From assembly GCA_030651375.1 (NCBI GenBank), contig JAUSFM010000014.1, positions 89,630 through 153,629 of the forward strand: a DNA stretch of 64,000 nucleotides, in the 5' to 3' direction. Source of the stretch: Candidatus Woesearchaeota archaeon. Lineage in GTDB: Archaea; Nanobdellota; Nanobdellia; Woesearchaeales; UBA12501. Positions 1 to 9,574 of this stretch are shown one piece after another. Below the pieces are notes generated by a model. The model was not told the DNA's origin and did no database searches. It saw nothing but the letters and a program-made list of their open reading frames with translations. Made by a program: the position numbers and the translations under genes. The stretch's first letter is position 1. Each line of letters opens with the position of its first letter.

Positions 1-118
1 CGAGCGCAAACGAGAAAAATTTAATCAGAAAGTCAAACATCAGCCACACCCCTACACTGATGAGAATAATTCCGAAAACAATGTTGATAATGCGCATTGA
101 AATACCGAGCCGCCGCAT
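1..118 (-). CDS. small membrane protein, truncated by window edge
   Basis: Manually translated MRRLGISMRIINIVFGIILISVGVWLMFDFLIKFFSFAL...; GGTG upstream of ATG at 118; hydrophobic. Confidence 0.55.
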   Translation of the reverse strand, partial: MRRLGISMRIINIVFGIILISVGVWLMFDFLIKFFSFAL

Positions 119-186
119 GGATCATGCACCTTCCTTCTTTTTCTCTCCTTCGTTTTCTCTTTTTTTGTTTTTTCGTTTAAGTTTAC

Positions 187-1479
187 TTATTCGCCTTCAC
201 TATCGCTCGCATCGCCACTTTCTTTGTCGTCTCCATCAATCAGTATATTGATCGGCATGCCGAGGAATGCATTAATGGCGTCTTCAGCACCTTCGCGGAG
301 CGTGCTGACGTCGTCCTTGGTTTCTTTTTTTTCTGCCTTTTTAACTTTTACGATTCCAGCAGCGTGTTTCGTCTTGAGGTGGGCAGTTTTGTACTCGAGC
401 TCTTCAATCTCGCGCTGGACATTGTTGAGTCGGATGCGCTTGTACACGTCAAGAATTTGCTCGTTGATTTTTTCCATGAGCGCAGCGGTGTTTTTCAGGT
501 GCTCAACCGAAAGTTCGTTGAGCCGCGCTAGAGAATCGTGGCGTTCTTTGTCGTCCGTGCCAAACTGGCCGGTGAGGATGGTGCCGCGCAGCCGGTCGAG
601 CCCGTCGACAATCAGCACGTTGGTGTCGGCAAGCAGCGCATCGCCAGCGTTTGCGAGGTATGATTGAAAGAGCCGCGCTTCTTCAGGATACGCAGCGCAG
701 TATTTGCGGATGAGCCGCTCAATTGAGGAAAATGATTTTGAAAGAAGGTCGTGATGGTTCTTCAGTTTGCCCTTGAGCGCAGCCATTTGTTTTTGGAGCA
801 CTTCGAGTTCCTGAAATTGTTTTCCCGTCCGGAGCTGCTGCATGTGGGTTTCAGCGCTTGCAATCAGGCTTTCGGTGAGGGCAAGTGCCTGCTTTTCTTG
901 GATGATGGTATCAGCAAAGCCGCCTTTTTGCTTGACGGTTTCTTCGAGCTCGTTGATTTTCTTTTTTATGGTGGCAAGCTCGGCAAGCTTTGTTTGTTTC
1001 AGGCCGGCGAAAACTCCTTCAATGGCAGTGAGTTGGTTTCCCACATCACGAACCTCGTTGGAAAAGAATTCTTTGAGGATGATATAGTTGCGTGCCGTGT
1101 TTTTGACCAGCTGTCCCATCCGCTCTTCTGCCCCAGAGATAAACTGAAGCAATTTTTCATACGCAAGCTCGTTGGGAACAACGAGGCCGTCGGCAAAAGC
1201 GCTGACCGTGCGGAGATATGCTTCGCGGTTGCCAAGCATGATTTGTTTTTCTTTTTCTGGCAACGCCGCATTCATGAGTTGGGCTTCGCCGAGCAGTTTC
1301 AGCTTGTCCTTGAGCACGCCGCGTGCGTCCTGCAGTTGGCGCAGTTTTTCCCGGAGCTGCTGTTTTTCCTCGTCAATAAGCGTCATGCTGCGCTCAATAA
1401 ACCAGTCAAACAGCCGTTCAAGAGGGATGTTGTATTCCTCAATTGCAGCTTTTTTAAAGAACGTTTTGAGCCACTTCAC
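187..1479 (-). CDS. hypothetical long coiled-coil protein
   Basis: 430 aa ORF rich in K/E/L/Q with heptad pattern; no catalytic motif recognised. Confidence 0.8.
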   Translation of the reverse strand: MKWLKTFFKKAAIEEYNIPLERLFDWFIERSMTLIDEEKQQLREKLRQLQDARGVLKDKLKLLGEAQLMNAALPEKEKQIMLGNREAYLRTVSAFADGLVVPNELAYEKLLQFISGAEERMGQLVKNTARNYIILKEFFSNEVRDVGNQLTAIEGVFAGLKQTKLAELATIKKKINELEETVKQKGGFADTIIQEKQALALTESLIASAETHMQQLRTGKQFQELEVLQKQMAALKGKLKNHHDLLSKSFSSIERLIRKYCAAYPEEARLFQSYLANAGDALLADTNVLIVDGLDRLRGTILTGQFGTDDKERHDSLARLNELSVEHLKNTAALMEKINEQILDVYKRIRLNNVQREIEELEYKTAHLKTKHAAGIVKVKKAEKKETKDDVSTLREGAEDAINAFLGMPINILIDGDDKESGDASDSEGE

Positions 1480-1618
1480 GGTTTCACCACTTCCCCCCTT
1501 CCCCGGTTCCTTGTATCGGGGCGGTGCTGGCAGTATTTATATGGTTTGTTATACTCCAGTGATGGGAAGATACAGATGAAGATAAAGATTTTTAAAGTTT
1601 CAAATCTTGGCAGGGAGT

Positions 1619-1933
1619 ATGAAAAAGCAAAAAAAGCACGCAAAAAAACAGGAAGAGCGCGCTACGGCGCAGCGCCGTGTTCACGAGCTTTTTTCCACCG
1701 CGGCAATACGGGCGTCGGCACCGGCAGCAGCCAACCGGCTGGTGCGGACTGCACGCCGGCTGGCAATGAAATTCCGGCTCCGACTTCCCTCAACGCTGAA
1801 ACGCCGTGTGTGCAAGCACTGTTACGCCTATCTCCGGCCAGGTGTGAATTGCCGTGTGCGACTCGCGAAACAGCGCGTCATTTATCGGTGCAACGCGTGC
1901 AAGAAATTTATGCGGTTTCCGTATGTGCGTTAA
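1619..1933 (+). CDS. rnp4: ribonuclease P protein component 4 (Rpp21)
   Basis: KRRVCKHC...CRVRL...YRCNAC zinc ribbon after a basic helical N-terminus; GGGAG before ATG 1619. Confidence 0.9.
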   Translation: MKKQKKHAKKQEERATAQRRVHELFSTAAIRASAPAAANRLVRTARRLAMKFRLRLPSTLKRRVCKHCYAYLRPGVNCRVRLAKQRVIYRCNACKKFMRFPYVR

Positions 1934-2013
1934 GCTATATTTTTTACTGTAGAGTACTCACCACATAAATCTTTATATAGAGCTTCCTGCCCCCGCAAAC
2001 GAGGGGATTATGG

Positions 2014-3132
2014 ATGGCAACAGAAGCAAAAAATCTTCGTGATGTAAGCAGTGTTCTTCGTACTTCTTTTCAGGCCATCAAACGTGACATCGCCGGCCTC
2101 ACCGAACGCCTTGAGGCAAACCAGCAACGCAATGAGATGGTTGCGCACCAGACCCAGCAGCTTGAGCATACGCTTGGCCTGCTTGCCGGCGATTTTATCA
2201 CCACGGACAAACTAAACGTCGTCAAAATCCAGCTCGGCGACCTGAAAGATGAGCTCAAGCGCGCTGATGCCGCAGAAAAAGCAGTGCGCGACCTACGCTC
2301 AATTGCCGCAACCAAAGTCACGACAGAAAAAGCACTGGCAGACCTGCGCAGCGAATTTGAGGCAAAGCACGCCCGCTGGCGCTCAAACGTAAAATCGCTC
2401 ACCAAAACAGTTGACAGCGCATTTGAAAAAATCAACAAAAACATGGCGGTTGTGCAGACGGCAAACAATAGAGACATTGACGGCCGCATGGCAGGATTCA
2501 GAAAAGAGTTTGACACGCGCCTCTATCAAGCAAGCGCAGAAGGTACTATGCGTACCGAAAAAACCAACGCTGCGCTCGCCGCACACCAAAAGCGCACGCA
2601 GGAAGAATTCCAGCGTGTCGCCCGAAAATCACACGTACACGAGCTTGTCCGCGACCTCAACAACGAATTCAACACACTAAAAGAGCGCCTCGCCACCATG
2701 GGCGATGAAACCGGCGAGCTGCGCAACGATGTCGAGTCACTTGACCACCGAACGCGCGACTTTGAAAGCATCCAAAAACAATTCTCAACCATGCATTCCA
2801 ATTTTGAAAGCCTCAAGAGCCGCATGGTGGCTGATATACATGACGTGCAGGATGATATTCATCGGCTGGGCAAAAAAGTCAAGGAAAACATCCCGCCAAA
2901 AGAACTCCGCAGCGCAGCGCGGCTGCTGCACCTCAAAAGTAAAACCCCACCGCTGGTCAAAACATCAAATGTGCTCATCAGCATTTCATTTGCACTCGTC
3001 GTGTTTGCAGGCATTCTCTTTTTTGCGCTTGCCAAAACAAACGGATTTCTGGTTACTTGGACTGTCGGGCTTGCCGTCGGGGTGTTTGTGATTGGCCTGC
3101 TGTTCAGAACAGTGCACGCGATAAAGAATTAA
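2014..3132 (+). CDS. coiled-coil protein with two C-terminal TM helices
   Basis: 372 aa heptad-rich ORF with hydrophobic C-terminal hairpin; GAGGGG SD. Confidence 0.8.
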   Translation: MATEAKNLRDVSSVLRTSFQAIKRDIAGLTERLEANQQRNEMVAHQTQQLEHTLGLLAGDFITTDKLNVVKIQLGDLKDELKRADAAEKAVRDLRSIAATKVTTEKALADLRSEFEAKHARWRSNVKSLTKTVDSAFEKINKNMAVVQTANNRDIDGRMAGFRKEFDTRLYQASAEGTMRTEKTNAALAAHQKRTQEEFQRVARKSHVHELVRDLNNEFNTLKERLATMGDETGELRNDVESLDHRTRDFESIQKQFSTMHSNFESLKSRMVADIHDVQDDIHRLGKKVKENIPPKELRSAARLLHLKSKTPPLVKTSNVLISISFALVVFAGILFFALAKTNGFLVTWTVGLAVGVFVIGLLFRTVHAIKN

Positions 3133-3234
3133 TACTAATAACCCACCACAAACTTTATAAGTAATTAACGGCATAAAAAAGCAATAAAGAAGCCCAGTAC
3201 TGAGAAGCAAAAGAGAGAAAGAAAGAGGTGACGT

Positions 3235-4044
3235 GTGGGTCGCACAATCGGCGTGATAGCTATCAAGGGAGGCGTTGGAAAAACAACTGTAGTCGCAAAT
3301 CTTGGCGCGGTGCTTGCCCACGAATTTAACCAGCGTGTGCTTATTCTTGACGCAAATTTTTCAGCAGCAAATCTGGGCTTGCATTTCGGCATTGTCAACC
3401 CTGAAATAACGCTTCATGACGTGCTGGCAGAAAAGCACGACATCAAAAAAGCTATTATCTCCCATGGCCGCATGGACATTATTGCCGGAAGCCTGGTGCC
3501 AAAAAAAGTTGACCCGCTCAAGCTTCGCAGCAAACTAAACCAGCTGAAAAAAGAGTATGATTTTATTCTTATCGATTCGTCCCCAGCGCTGAATGAGGAA
3601 ATCCTCGCAACTATGGTTGCTGCCGACGAGCTCATGGTGGTCACAACACCCGATTATCCCACGCTCAGCTGCACCATGCACGCGGTCAAAGTCGCCAAGC
3701 GACGCGGCACGCCAATCACCGGCATTATCGTCAATAAAAAGCGCAATCAGCTGTTTGAGCTCACCACTGAAGAAATCGAAGAGGCAACTGAAACACCTGT
3801 TATTGCAGTTGTCCGGGATGATGTGCGTGTGCTTGAAGCGCTTGCCGCAACAACACCCGCAACGATTTATGGGAATGTGACTGATGTGGTGGTTGAGTAC
3901 CGCAAACTCGGAGCGGCACTACTGGGAGAAACGTATCGTGATCCCCGTTTCCTCAACCGCATGCGGGATGCATTGTTCAAGACCGATACGGCAAAGCATG
4001 AAGTCAACCGCGCGGTGCTCGGCAGCCCGCTTGCAAAAAAGTAG
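3235..4044 (+). CDS. minD: MinD/ParA family ATPase
   Basis: Deviant Walker A KGGVGKTT, ILDAN, YDFILIDSSP, GIIVNK; GAGGTGA SD before GTG. Confidence 0.85.
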   Translation: MGRTIGVIAIKGGVGKTTVVANLGAVLAHEFNQRVLILDANFSAANLGLHFGIVNPEITLHDVLAEKHDIKKAIISHGRMDIIAGSLVPKKVDPLKLRSKLNQLKKEYDFILIDSSPALNEEILATMVAADELMVVTTPDYPTLSCTMHAVKVAKRRGTPITGIIVNKKRNQLFELTTEEIEEATETPVIAVVRDDVRVLEALAATTPATIYGNVTDVVVEYRKLGAALLGETYRDPRFLNRMRDALFKTDTAKHEVNRAVLGSPLAKK

Positions 4045-4057
4045 GAATGAACTCGCC

Positions 4058-4528
4058 ATGATTTCTTTTAGCACCTATGTTCTGGTTGCACTTTTCGCGT
4101 ACGGAGGCACCCTTGCTGGCGTGGGGACAAGTATTCTTGCGTCAGAAGAATTAAAATCAGGCCGTGTATGGCTCGCCCGCAGCAGAAAGATTTGGTATGT
4201 GCTACTCATTGCCGCCACCCTTTTTTTTCTTGTAGTAAGCCCATGGAGCATACCGGTCATCTTTCTGGGGTTTCTCTGTGCGTACGTCAATAAAATTTTT
4301 GTCGGCCCAATGGTGCACGTGTATGTTGGTTTTCTTTTTTTTCTTGCAGGCCGCGACCTCGCCTTTTTGTTGACCAGTGCAGTCGCCGTGTTCCTATTTT
4401 ATTTCACCAGCGGGGCAGCCGGCATGGCCCATGGAAAAGGTGATGTCAGAAAACGAATGAAAGCGGTGCTTCTCCGGCATCTTCCCTTTTTTGCGTGTTT
4501 GCCGCTGTATGCGTTATATATTTTTTAG
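4058..4528 (+). CDS. hypothetical integral membrane protein
   Basis: Multiple hydrophobic segments from ATG 4058, directly after minD. Confidence 0.7.
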   Translation: MISFSTYVLVALFAYGGTLAGVGTSILASEELKSGRVWLARSRKIWYVLLIAATLFFLVVSPWSIPVIFLGFLCAYVNKIFVGPMVHVYVGFLFFLAGRDLAFLLTSAVAVFLFYFTSGAAGMAHGKGDVRKRMKAVLLRHLPFFACLPLYALYIF

Positions 4529-4542
4529 GGGTTTTTGCTTGT

Positions 4543-4977
4543 TTAGAAATAATTGAAAAAAAACAGCGCAACCAGCATGCCGAGCACAATGCCTCCGGCA
4601 ACTTGGAGGGGTGTATGGCCGAGCACCTCGCGAACTTTTGTCACGCCCTTCTGTTTCACGCTGCGCAAAACCTGAATCATCTGGTTGATACGTCGAGCTG
4701 TTTCACCGGCTTCGCGCCGCACGCCAACCGCGTCAGCCATGACAATCAGCGAAAAAAGCAGTGCCACGGCAAAAACGGAAGTGTCTGCTTTGATGAGGTA
4801 GAGCGTCGTGGTCAGCGCCGTGGCCATAGCGGCGTGGGTTGAGGGCATGCCACCCGGCTCAAAGAGTAATAATGAGAGGTCGACCTTTTGATGATTCAAA
4901 AAATGAAGCGCGACTTTGATGCCTTGCGACAGAATCGCTGAGGTAACCACCGGAAAAAAAAGTTCATTGAAGCTCAT
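4543..4977 (-). CDS. divergent PAP2 family protein (DUF212)
   Basis: GGMPSTH, MADAVGVRREAGE and LGHTPLQV motifs. Confidence 0.88.
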   Translation of the reverse strand: MSFNELFFPVVTSAILSQGIKVALHFLNHQKVDLSLLLFEPGGMPSTHAAMATALTTTLYLIKADTSVFAVALLFSLIVMADAVGVRREAGETARRINQMIQVLRSVKQKGVTKVREVLGHTPLQVAGGIVLGMLVALFFFNYF

Positions 4978-4990
4978 AGAATCACCACAC

Positions 4991-5491
4991 TCACCATTTT
5001 TTTATTTTGCGCTGGCTCACCATTAAAAAGCCCATGATAACGAAGATTATAGGGATGCCGATTGTCGGGACGCCGAAAAAATAGAGTGCAGGAAAGACGA
5101 TACCATTCACCGTAATCGGCACGCCTTCAAAAAAAGTAGTGTGATTCATGATGTTGAAACGGGCAAGCCGTGCAATGCCGCAGAGCAGGAAAAAGATACC
5201 GCCTACCAGCGCGGGAACCGTACGCTCTGCAAGCAAGTAGCCAAACAGCGCTGGCGCAACGCTGAACGAAACTGTATCTGCCAACGAATCAAGCTCTTTT
5301 CCAAACAGGTGCGCCTGATGCCGCCAACGCGCGATTCTGCCATCAAGCCCATCAAGGACTGCGGCGACAAGCATGCCAATGCTGGCGAACGCAAATTGGT
5401 GCTGAAACGAAAAAATGATTGACAAAAATCCTGCACCAGCGCCGAGCAGAGTAATGCTGTCAGCGAGGGTTATCAGTTTTGTTATTTTCAT
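4991..5491 (-). CDS. pssA: CDP-alcohol phosphatidyltransferase, phosphatidylserine/archaetidylserine synthase
   Basis: DGLDGRIAR...FGKELDSLADTVSF...RLARFN; ATGA overlap with psd. Confidence 0.88.
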   Translation of the reverse strand: MKITKLITLADSITLLGAGAGFLSIIFSFQHQFAFASIGMLVAAVLDGLDGRIARWRHQAHLFGKELDSLADTVSFSVAPALFGYLLAERTVPALVGGIFFLLCGIARLARFNIMNHTTFFEGVPITVNGIVFPALYFFGVPTIGIPIIFVIMGFLMVSQRKIKKW

Positions 5492-6120
5492 CGAAGCCAC
5501 CGCTCATTTGTTGCAATAACAGTTTTGCCGCCAACGACTTTTTGCCCTTCATGGACCGCAAGTTTGTACTTTGCCGGGAAGATGAGGGTTACTTGGCTGC
5601 CCATTTTGATGACACCAAGTGACTGCCCTTTTTCAACGTGATCATTTTTTTTGACAAAGCAGCGAATGCGCCGCGCGACGTAGCCGGCAATCTGAATCAC
5701 CTTTATTTTTCCAAAGTGAGTGTTCATCAGGATTTCATTTTTCTCATTTTCCAGCGCTGCTTTCATCGTGTATGCCTTGCGTACTGCGTTTTTCCATTTT
5801 CCTTTTTCATGGTGTGTGTACAGAATCGTGCCGGTGGTCGGCGCTTTCTGGAAATGCACATCGCTCAAGTGCATGACAATGTCGATGAGAAAGCAATCGT
5901 TGTCAACATCTTCAGTGAGTGTTTTTATTTTTCCCCAGCCTTTTTGCAGCGTGACATATTTTCTGGTGGTACGAATGATGCGCGCAATTTTTCCATGCGC
6001 TGGGCTCACGATATTATTTCCCGGTGTCGGCTCAATAAGCGGATTGCGAAGTGTGTACGAATAGAACAGAAATGCCGCTGCAGTAAAGAGGAGGGAGACG
6101 TAGATAAGCGCTATCACCAT
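5488..6120 (-). CDS. psd: phosphatidylserine decarboxylase proenzyme
   Basis: SPAHG, DVH.QKAP, ENEKN, QIAGYVARRI and MGSQ self-cleavage site. Confidence 0.9.
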   Translation of the reverse strand: MVIALIYVSLLFTAAAFLFYSYTLRNPLIEPTPGNNIVSPAHGKIARIIRTTRKYVTLQKGWGKIKTLTEDVDNDCFLIDIVMHLSDVHFQKAPTTGTILYTHHEKGKWKNAVRKAYTMKAALENEKNEILMNTHFGKIKVIQIAGYVARRIRCFVKKNDHVEKGQSLGVIKMGSQVTLIFPAKYKLAVHEGQKVVGGKTVIATNERWLR

Positions 6121-6212
6121 ACTTTTATACAGCCACTGGTTCTTTTTAAAGTTGTTGGTTAGTGCTGAACAAAAACTATATAAACTAACGGTTGATTGGG
6201 CAATTTACTCAG

Positions 6213-6285
6213 GCCCCCATAGCTTAGCCGGTAGAGCGTGCGGCTGTTAACCGCAAGGTCGCCAGTTCGAGTCTGGCTGGGGGCG
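6213..6285 (+). tRNA. tRNA-Asn(GTT)
   Basis: GCCCCCA/TGGGGGC acceptor stem, TGCGG-CTGTTAA-CCGCA anticodon arm, GTTCGAGTC T-loop; no CCA. Confidence 0.95.
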
Positions 6286-6379
6286 TATTAATTCTTTTAG
6301 AGGTCTGTGGTTTGAGGTCTGAAGTACGTTAAAAAAATGCGCTGCGCAGAGAATTATTTTTTATCCATTGTTAGATATT

Positions 6380-6790
6380 CTATCCCAGTATATGGAATCC
6401 GGTGAACTCTACGGAGACACGAGTATATTGAAGAACCTGGCCAGCCTTAGGTGGGACAAGAGTATATTTAATAATCTCGCCATCCTTATTAAATTCTAAT
6501 TTTTTTAATGCCGGATTTTGTCGCACTAAATTACCTACTTCTACACGGTAGCCTCCGGTGGGAGCAGAAAGATAGTTATTACGCAAACCCTGCGCATTCA
6601 GTTGATCAACAATTGTCTGCACCGTGTCGCCTTCTCCTGCGATAATTTCATACGTTTCATATCGGGTAGTATGGCCAATTGTGGGTTGGACTGTTTCTTC
6701 TCCAACTTTTTCGATTTCAGCGCCAGTGGCAGTAGAAGCTACCCCTCCAACACCTAACGCAACAATCAGTGCAAGATCTTTTGGTTTCAT
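6380..6790 (-). CDS. secreted protein with LysM-like motif
   Basis: Signal peptide; YEIIAGEGDTVQTIV...LVRQNP...AGQVL pattern. Confidence 0.6.
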   Translation of the reverse strand: MKPKDLALIVALGVGGVASTATGAEIEKVGEETVQPTIGHTTRYETYEIIAGEGDTVQTIVDQLNAQGLRNNYLSAPTGGYRVEVGNLVRQNPALKKLEFNKDGEIIKYTLVPPKAGQVLQYTRVSVEFTGFHILG

Positions 6791-6847
6791 AAGGTTTAGG
6801 ATATCTCCAGATATAAAAAGATTCTGTAACTTGAGTCATATCACTCC

Positions 6848-7594
6848 TTATTTTAATTCTTCTCCCGTCGCAAACTTCCACAACAGCTTAAAATAATTTG
6901 TATACGACGCTGCCATGCGTTCATCGTCGATAATCACGCCAAATGGCTCATCCGCCCAGATAAAAAAAGAAACCTTGTTGTCATACACATTCGTCGTTGC
7001 CGGACTGTCGTATTCTTTGGGAAGAAATGCAGCACGCGTGCAGGGCAAAGTATTCAGGTAGGCAATCCGTTCCTGTGCATTTTCATTGTAGAGATGGTAC
7101 TGCCATTGTTTTTGCCGCATGCGCCGTTCATGGTAAATGACTACAAATGATTTCATGCGCTCAGAAACATCGCGGGGAATGCCAAAGGAATAGATAGGAG
7201 CACCAGAAGCAAGCTGGTCGTCGGTCATCGCCTTAATGCCGGCAATGCCTTCAAAGATATGCGCTTTTGGCTTGGGGCCCGCGAGCTGGGCATGCATTTT
7301 TAATTCAGGCACGAGCCGGCTGAGCTGGAGTTTTTTTTCTTCCATCAGCGAACACACAGCCGCAGGGTCTGTTGCCTGAAATATTTTTTTCTCGTTCTGA
7401 AAAATGTAGGTGACAAGGCCGAGTGCAATCAGTTTTTCCAGAGCATCATAGACATTCGGCCGGTGGATGTCCATTTTTTCAGCAACTTCGCCGGCAGTAG
7501 ACGGGCCGCGCTGAAGAAGCCGCACATAGACTTTGATTTCATTTTTGCCGAGACCGATTGCTTCAAGTATCTGGTATCGTTCAGGAAGTTCCAT
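6848..7594 (-). CDS. TrmB family transcriptional regulator
   Basis: LEAIGLGKNEIKVY...HRPNVYDALEKL..LGLV wHTH plus C-terminal effector domain. Confidence 0.88.
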   Translation of the reverse strand: MELPERYQILEAIGLGKNEIKVYVRLLQRGPSTAGEVAEKMDIHRPNVYDALEKLIALGLVTYIFQNEKKIFQATDPAAVCSLMEEKKLQLSRLVPELKMHAQLAGPKPKAHIFEGIAGIKAMTDDQLASGAPIYSFGIPRDVSERMKSFVVIYHERRMRQKQWQYHLYNENAQERIAYLNTLPCTRAAFLPKEYDSPATTNVYDNKVSFFIWADEPFGVIIDDERMAASYTNYFKLLWKFATGEELK

Positions 7595-7599
7595 AAGAA

Positions 7600-8511
7600 T
7601 TATTTGATGACGACTGTTTTTACGATTTCGGCCAGTTTTTTGTCATTGGCAAAGCCGGGCTGGTCACCCTCATCATATAATTGGAGGATGACTGTTTTTT
7701 CACCACTGATGTCTGAAAACTGGAACTTGGAAAGGTCAATCGTTGCCTTGAGGCGCTTTGCTGTTTCAAGCACGGCGTATTTTTTGATGAGCGGCGATGC
7801 TTTATACGCGCCGCTGGTTTTTTCATCAAACGCATACGCTTTTATTTTTGGAATGAACGCTTTTCCCCGATTTTCAAGGGTAAACGAAACGTCAGTTACC
7901 TTGCCGCCCCAGTCGCGCGTTGCGGTCTTGATGTCTTCAAGCGTCAAGGTCACGTCGCCTGCGGCGCTGGTTGCGCTGGTGCCTTCGGTAACGAGTGGTG
8001 TTGGTTCAGATTCAGCAGACGGTACAACTGGTTCTGCTGGAATAGTTTGTTCAGGAAGCGGCACAACGGGTGCAGAAAGGGTTTCTATTGGTTTTTCTGC
8101 TGGGGAGACCGGCTGGTTTGCCAACGCAATCCCTTCGCCAACGGCAACGCCAACCACGTTGCCTTCAACGCCTGAAGTGTCTGCACCAACAAGGTTCCAG
8201 GGAAACAGGGTGTAAAAGGGATTGTAAAAAAAGGAGACTGCAAAAAAGAGGAAGAGGAAGAGCAGCACGCCGCGCATAACGCGGTTGGGTGAAAAACTGA
8301 CGGTGACTTCTTTTTTTTGCTCGCTCGCGCGAGGTGCAGGCCGGACGGTTACCTTGGGCTCCGGATGGAGCTCTAGTTTCTTCTTGCCAAAGAAGCTTTT
8401 CTTTTCTTCTTTTTCTACGTTGTAGGGCTTCGGCTTTGCCTTTTCAATTTCATCATCAGAAAACAAGCGCTCTTCTGCCGCCCGAATCTCGTCACTGGTC
8501 AGGTTGCCCAT
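7600..8511 (-). CDS. hypothetical single-pass membrane protein
   Basis: Charged N-terminus, one TM segment, P/E/T-rich linker, beta-rich C-domain. Confidence 0.75.
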   Translation of the reverse strand: MGNLTSDEIRAAEERLFSDDEIEKAKPKPYNVEKEEKKSFFGKKKLELHPEPKVTVRPAPRASEQKKEVTVSFSPNRVMRGVLLFLFLFFAVSFFYNPFYTLFPWNLVGADTSGVEGNVVGVAVGEGIALANQPVSPAEKPIETLSAPVVPLPEQTIPAEPVVPSAESEPTPLVTEGTSATSAAGDVTLTLEDIKTATRDWGGKVTDVSFTLENRGKAFIPKIKAYAFDEKTSGAYKASPLIKKYAVLETAKRLKATIDLSKFQFSDISGEKTVILQLYDEGDQPGFANDKKLAEIVKTVVIK

Positions 8512-8614
8512 GCGCCAGAAAGAAGGTTCCAGATATATAAAGATTGTTGTGTGATGGAGAGTTTAAAAACGATAACAGAAGGTTTAAATAGGTATTTAAA
8601 TCACCCTCTTAAAA

Positions 8615-9574
8615 ATGGCACTCGTCGAACAATTTTCGGCATTTGAAGATGATCTTATTAGGCAATTCCATGCGCTTGGTTTTTTTCGGAATTTCAACAG
8701 GCTTTCTGATACTGATTTGAGAGAGTACCTTACCCAAAAATGGTTCTTGTCAATGAACTTTGTTGGCTGGTATGATCGGGCGATTAATGCGCTGAACGAT
8801 CCAGAAGCAAAGGAAGTGTTAAAAAAAATTGTGCATGATGAAACGCCCCGCGGCGCCCCATCGCATCGTGAAGATTTGCTTGCTGATTTAGAAGCCATTG
8901 GCATTTCCCGCGCAGACGTTTTATCGGCGCGCCCTACCCGAACAACGCAACGATCATTGATGCGGTTAAATCAGCTTGTTGCGTTCACGGATGATCCTGA
9001 TTATGACCTTCGTGTTATGAGCGCGTTGCGCATTGCCGGAGAAATTTTGGTTGCTGAAGAATATCGGCACGTTGTTCCAGAACTTGAACAACGGTATGGC
9101 TTAACACCTGAACGTTCCCGCTTTTATGCGCCCCATTTTTACCATGATAGAAAGGACAGCGAAACTGGGCAACATACGCATTCATTTGAAAGCGTTCTTG
9201 AACGCCTCATTTCAGACGAAGGAAAATTACGCATTGCCACGGAAAGTGCTGAACACGCGTTTCAGGTGCGAACGTATTTCCACAACCAATTTGACGCACG
9301 ACTTCGTGCACGAAAAGCACTTCCTCTTGCAGGTTTTGCAGCTGCGGCAGTGGCACTTATGTGTTACGTTGGTTCGCAGATTTCGCAGAAACCTGTTTCT
9401 TCGCCGCCTCGTTCACCGCCAAGCAGAACAAATTTGCCGGAAGCAGGAGTTCAGTTTTATCTTCAAGCTGACCGCTGGCTCTTACAAAGGTATGAAGAAA
9501 CAAGAGATAGACAGTACCTGAAAAATATTGGCACGTTTGAAGCAGCTCGTGATGTGTGGGGTCCCGGGCCGTAA
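8615..9574 (+). CDS. heme-oxygenase-like diiron (PqqC/CADD/TenA-like) protein with C-terminal hydrophobic segment
   Basis: IVHDE...SHREDL, GEILVAEEY and FYAPHFYHD...QH metal-ligand pattern. Confidence 0.65.
   Translation: MALVEQFSAFEDDLIRQFHALGFFRNFNRLSDTDLREYLTQKWFLSMNFVGWYDRAINALNDPEAKEVLKKIVHDETPRGAPSHREDLLADLEAIGISRADVLSARPTRTTQRSLMRLNQLVAFTDDPDYDLRVMSALRIAGEILVAEEYRHVVPELEQRYGLTPERSRFYAPHFYHDRKDSETGQHTHSFESVLERLISDEGKLRIATESAEHAFQVRTYFHNQFDARLRARKALPLAGFAAAAVALMCYVGSQISQKPVSSPPRSPPSRTNLPEAGVQFYLQADRWLLQRYEETRDRQYLKNIGTFEAARDVWGPGP

Noticed and set aside
751-1968. 405 aa plus-strand ORF and similar long antisense ORFs (e.g. 7463-8215, 14921-15829, 47684-48415)
   Set aside because: Shadow frames overlapping better-supported genes, with no recognisable motifs.
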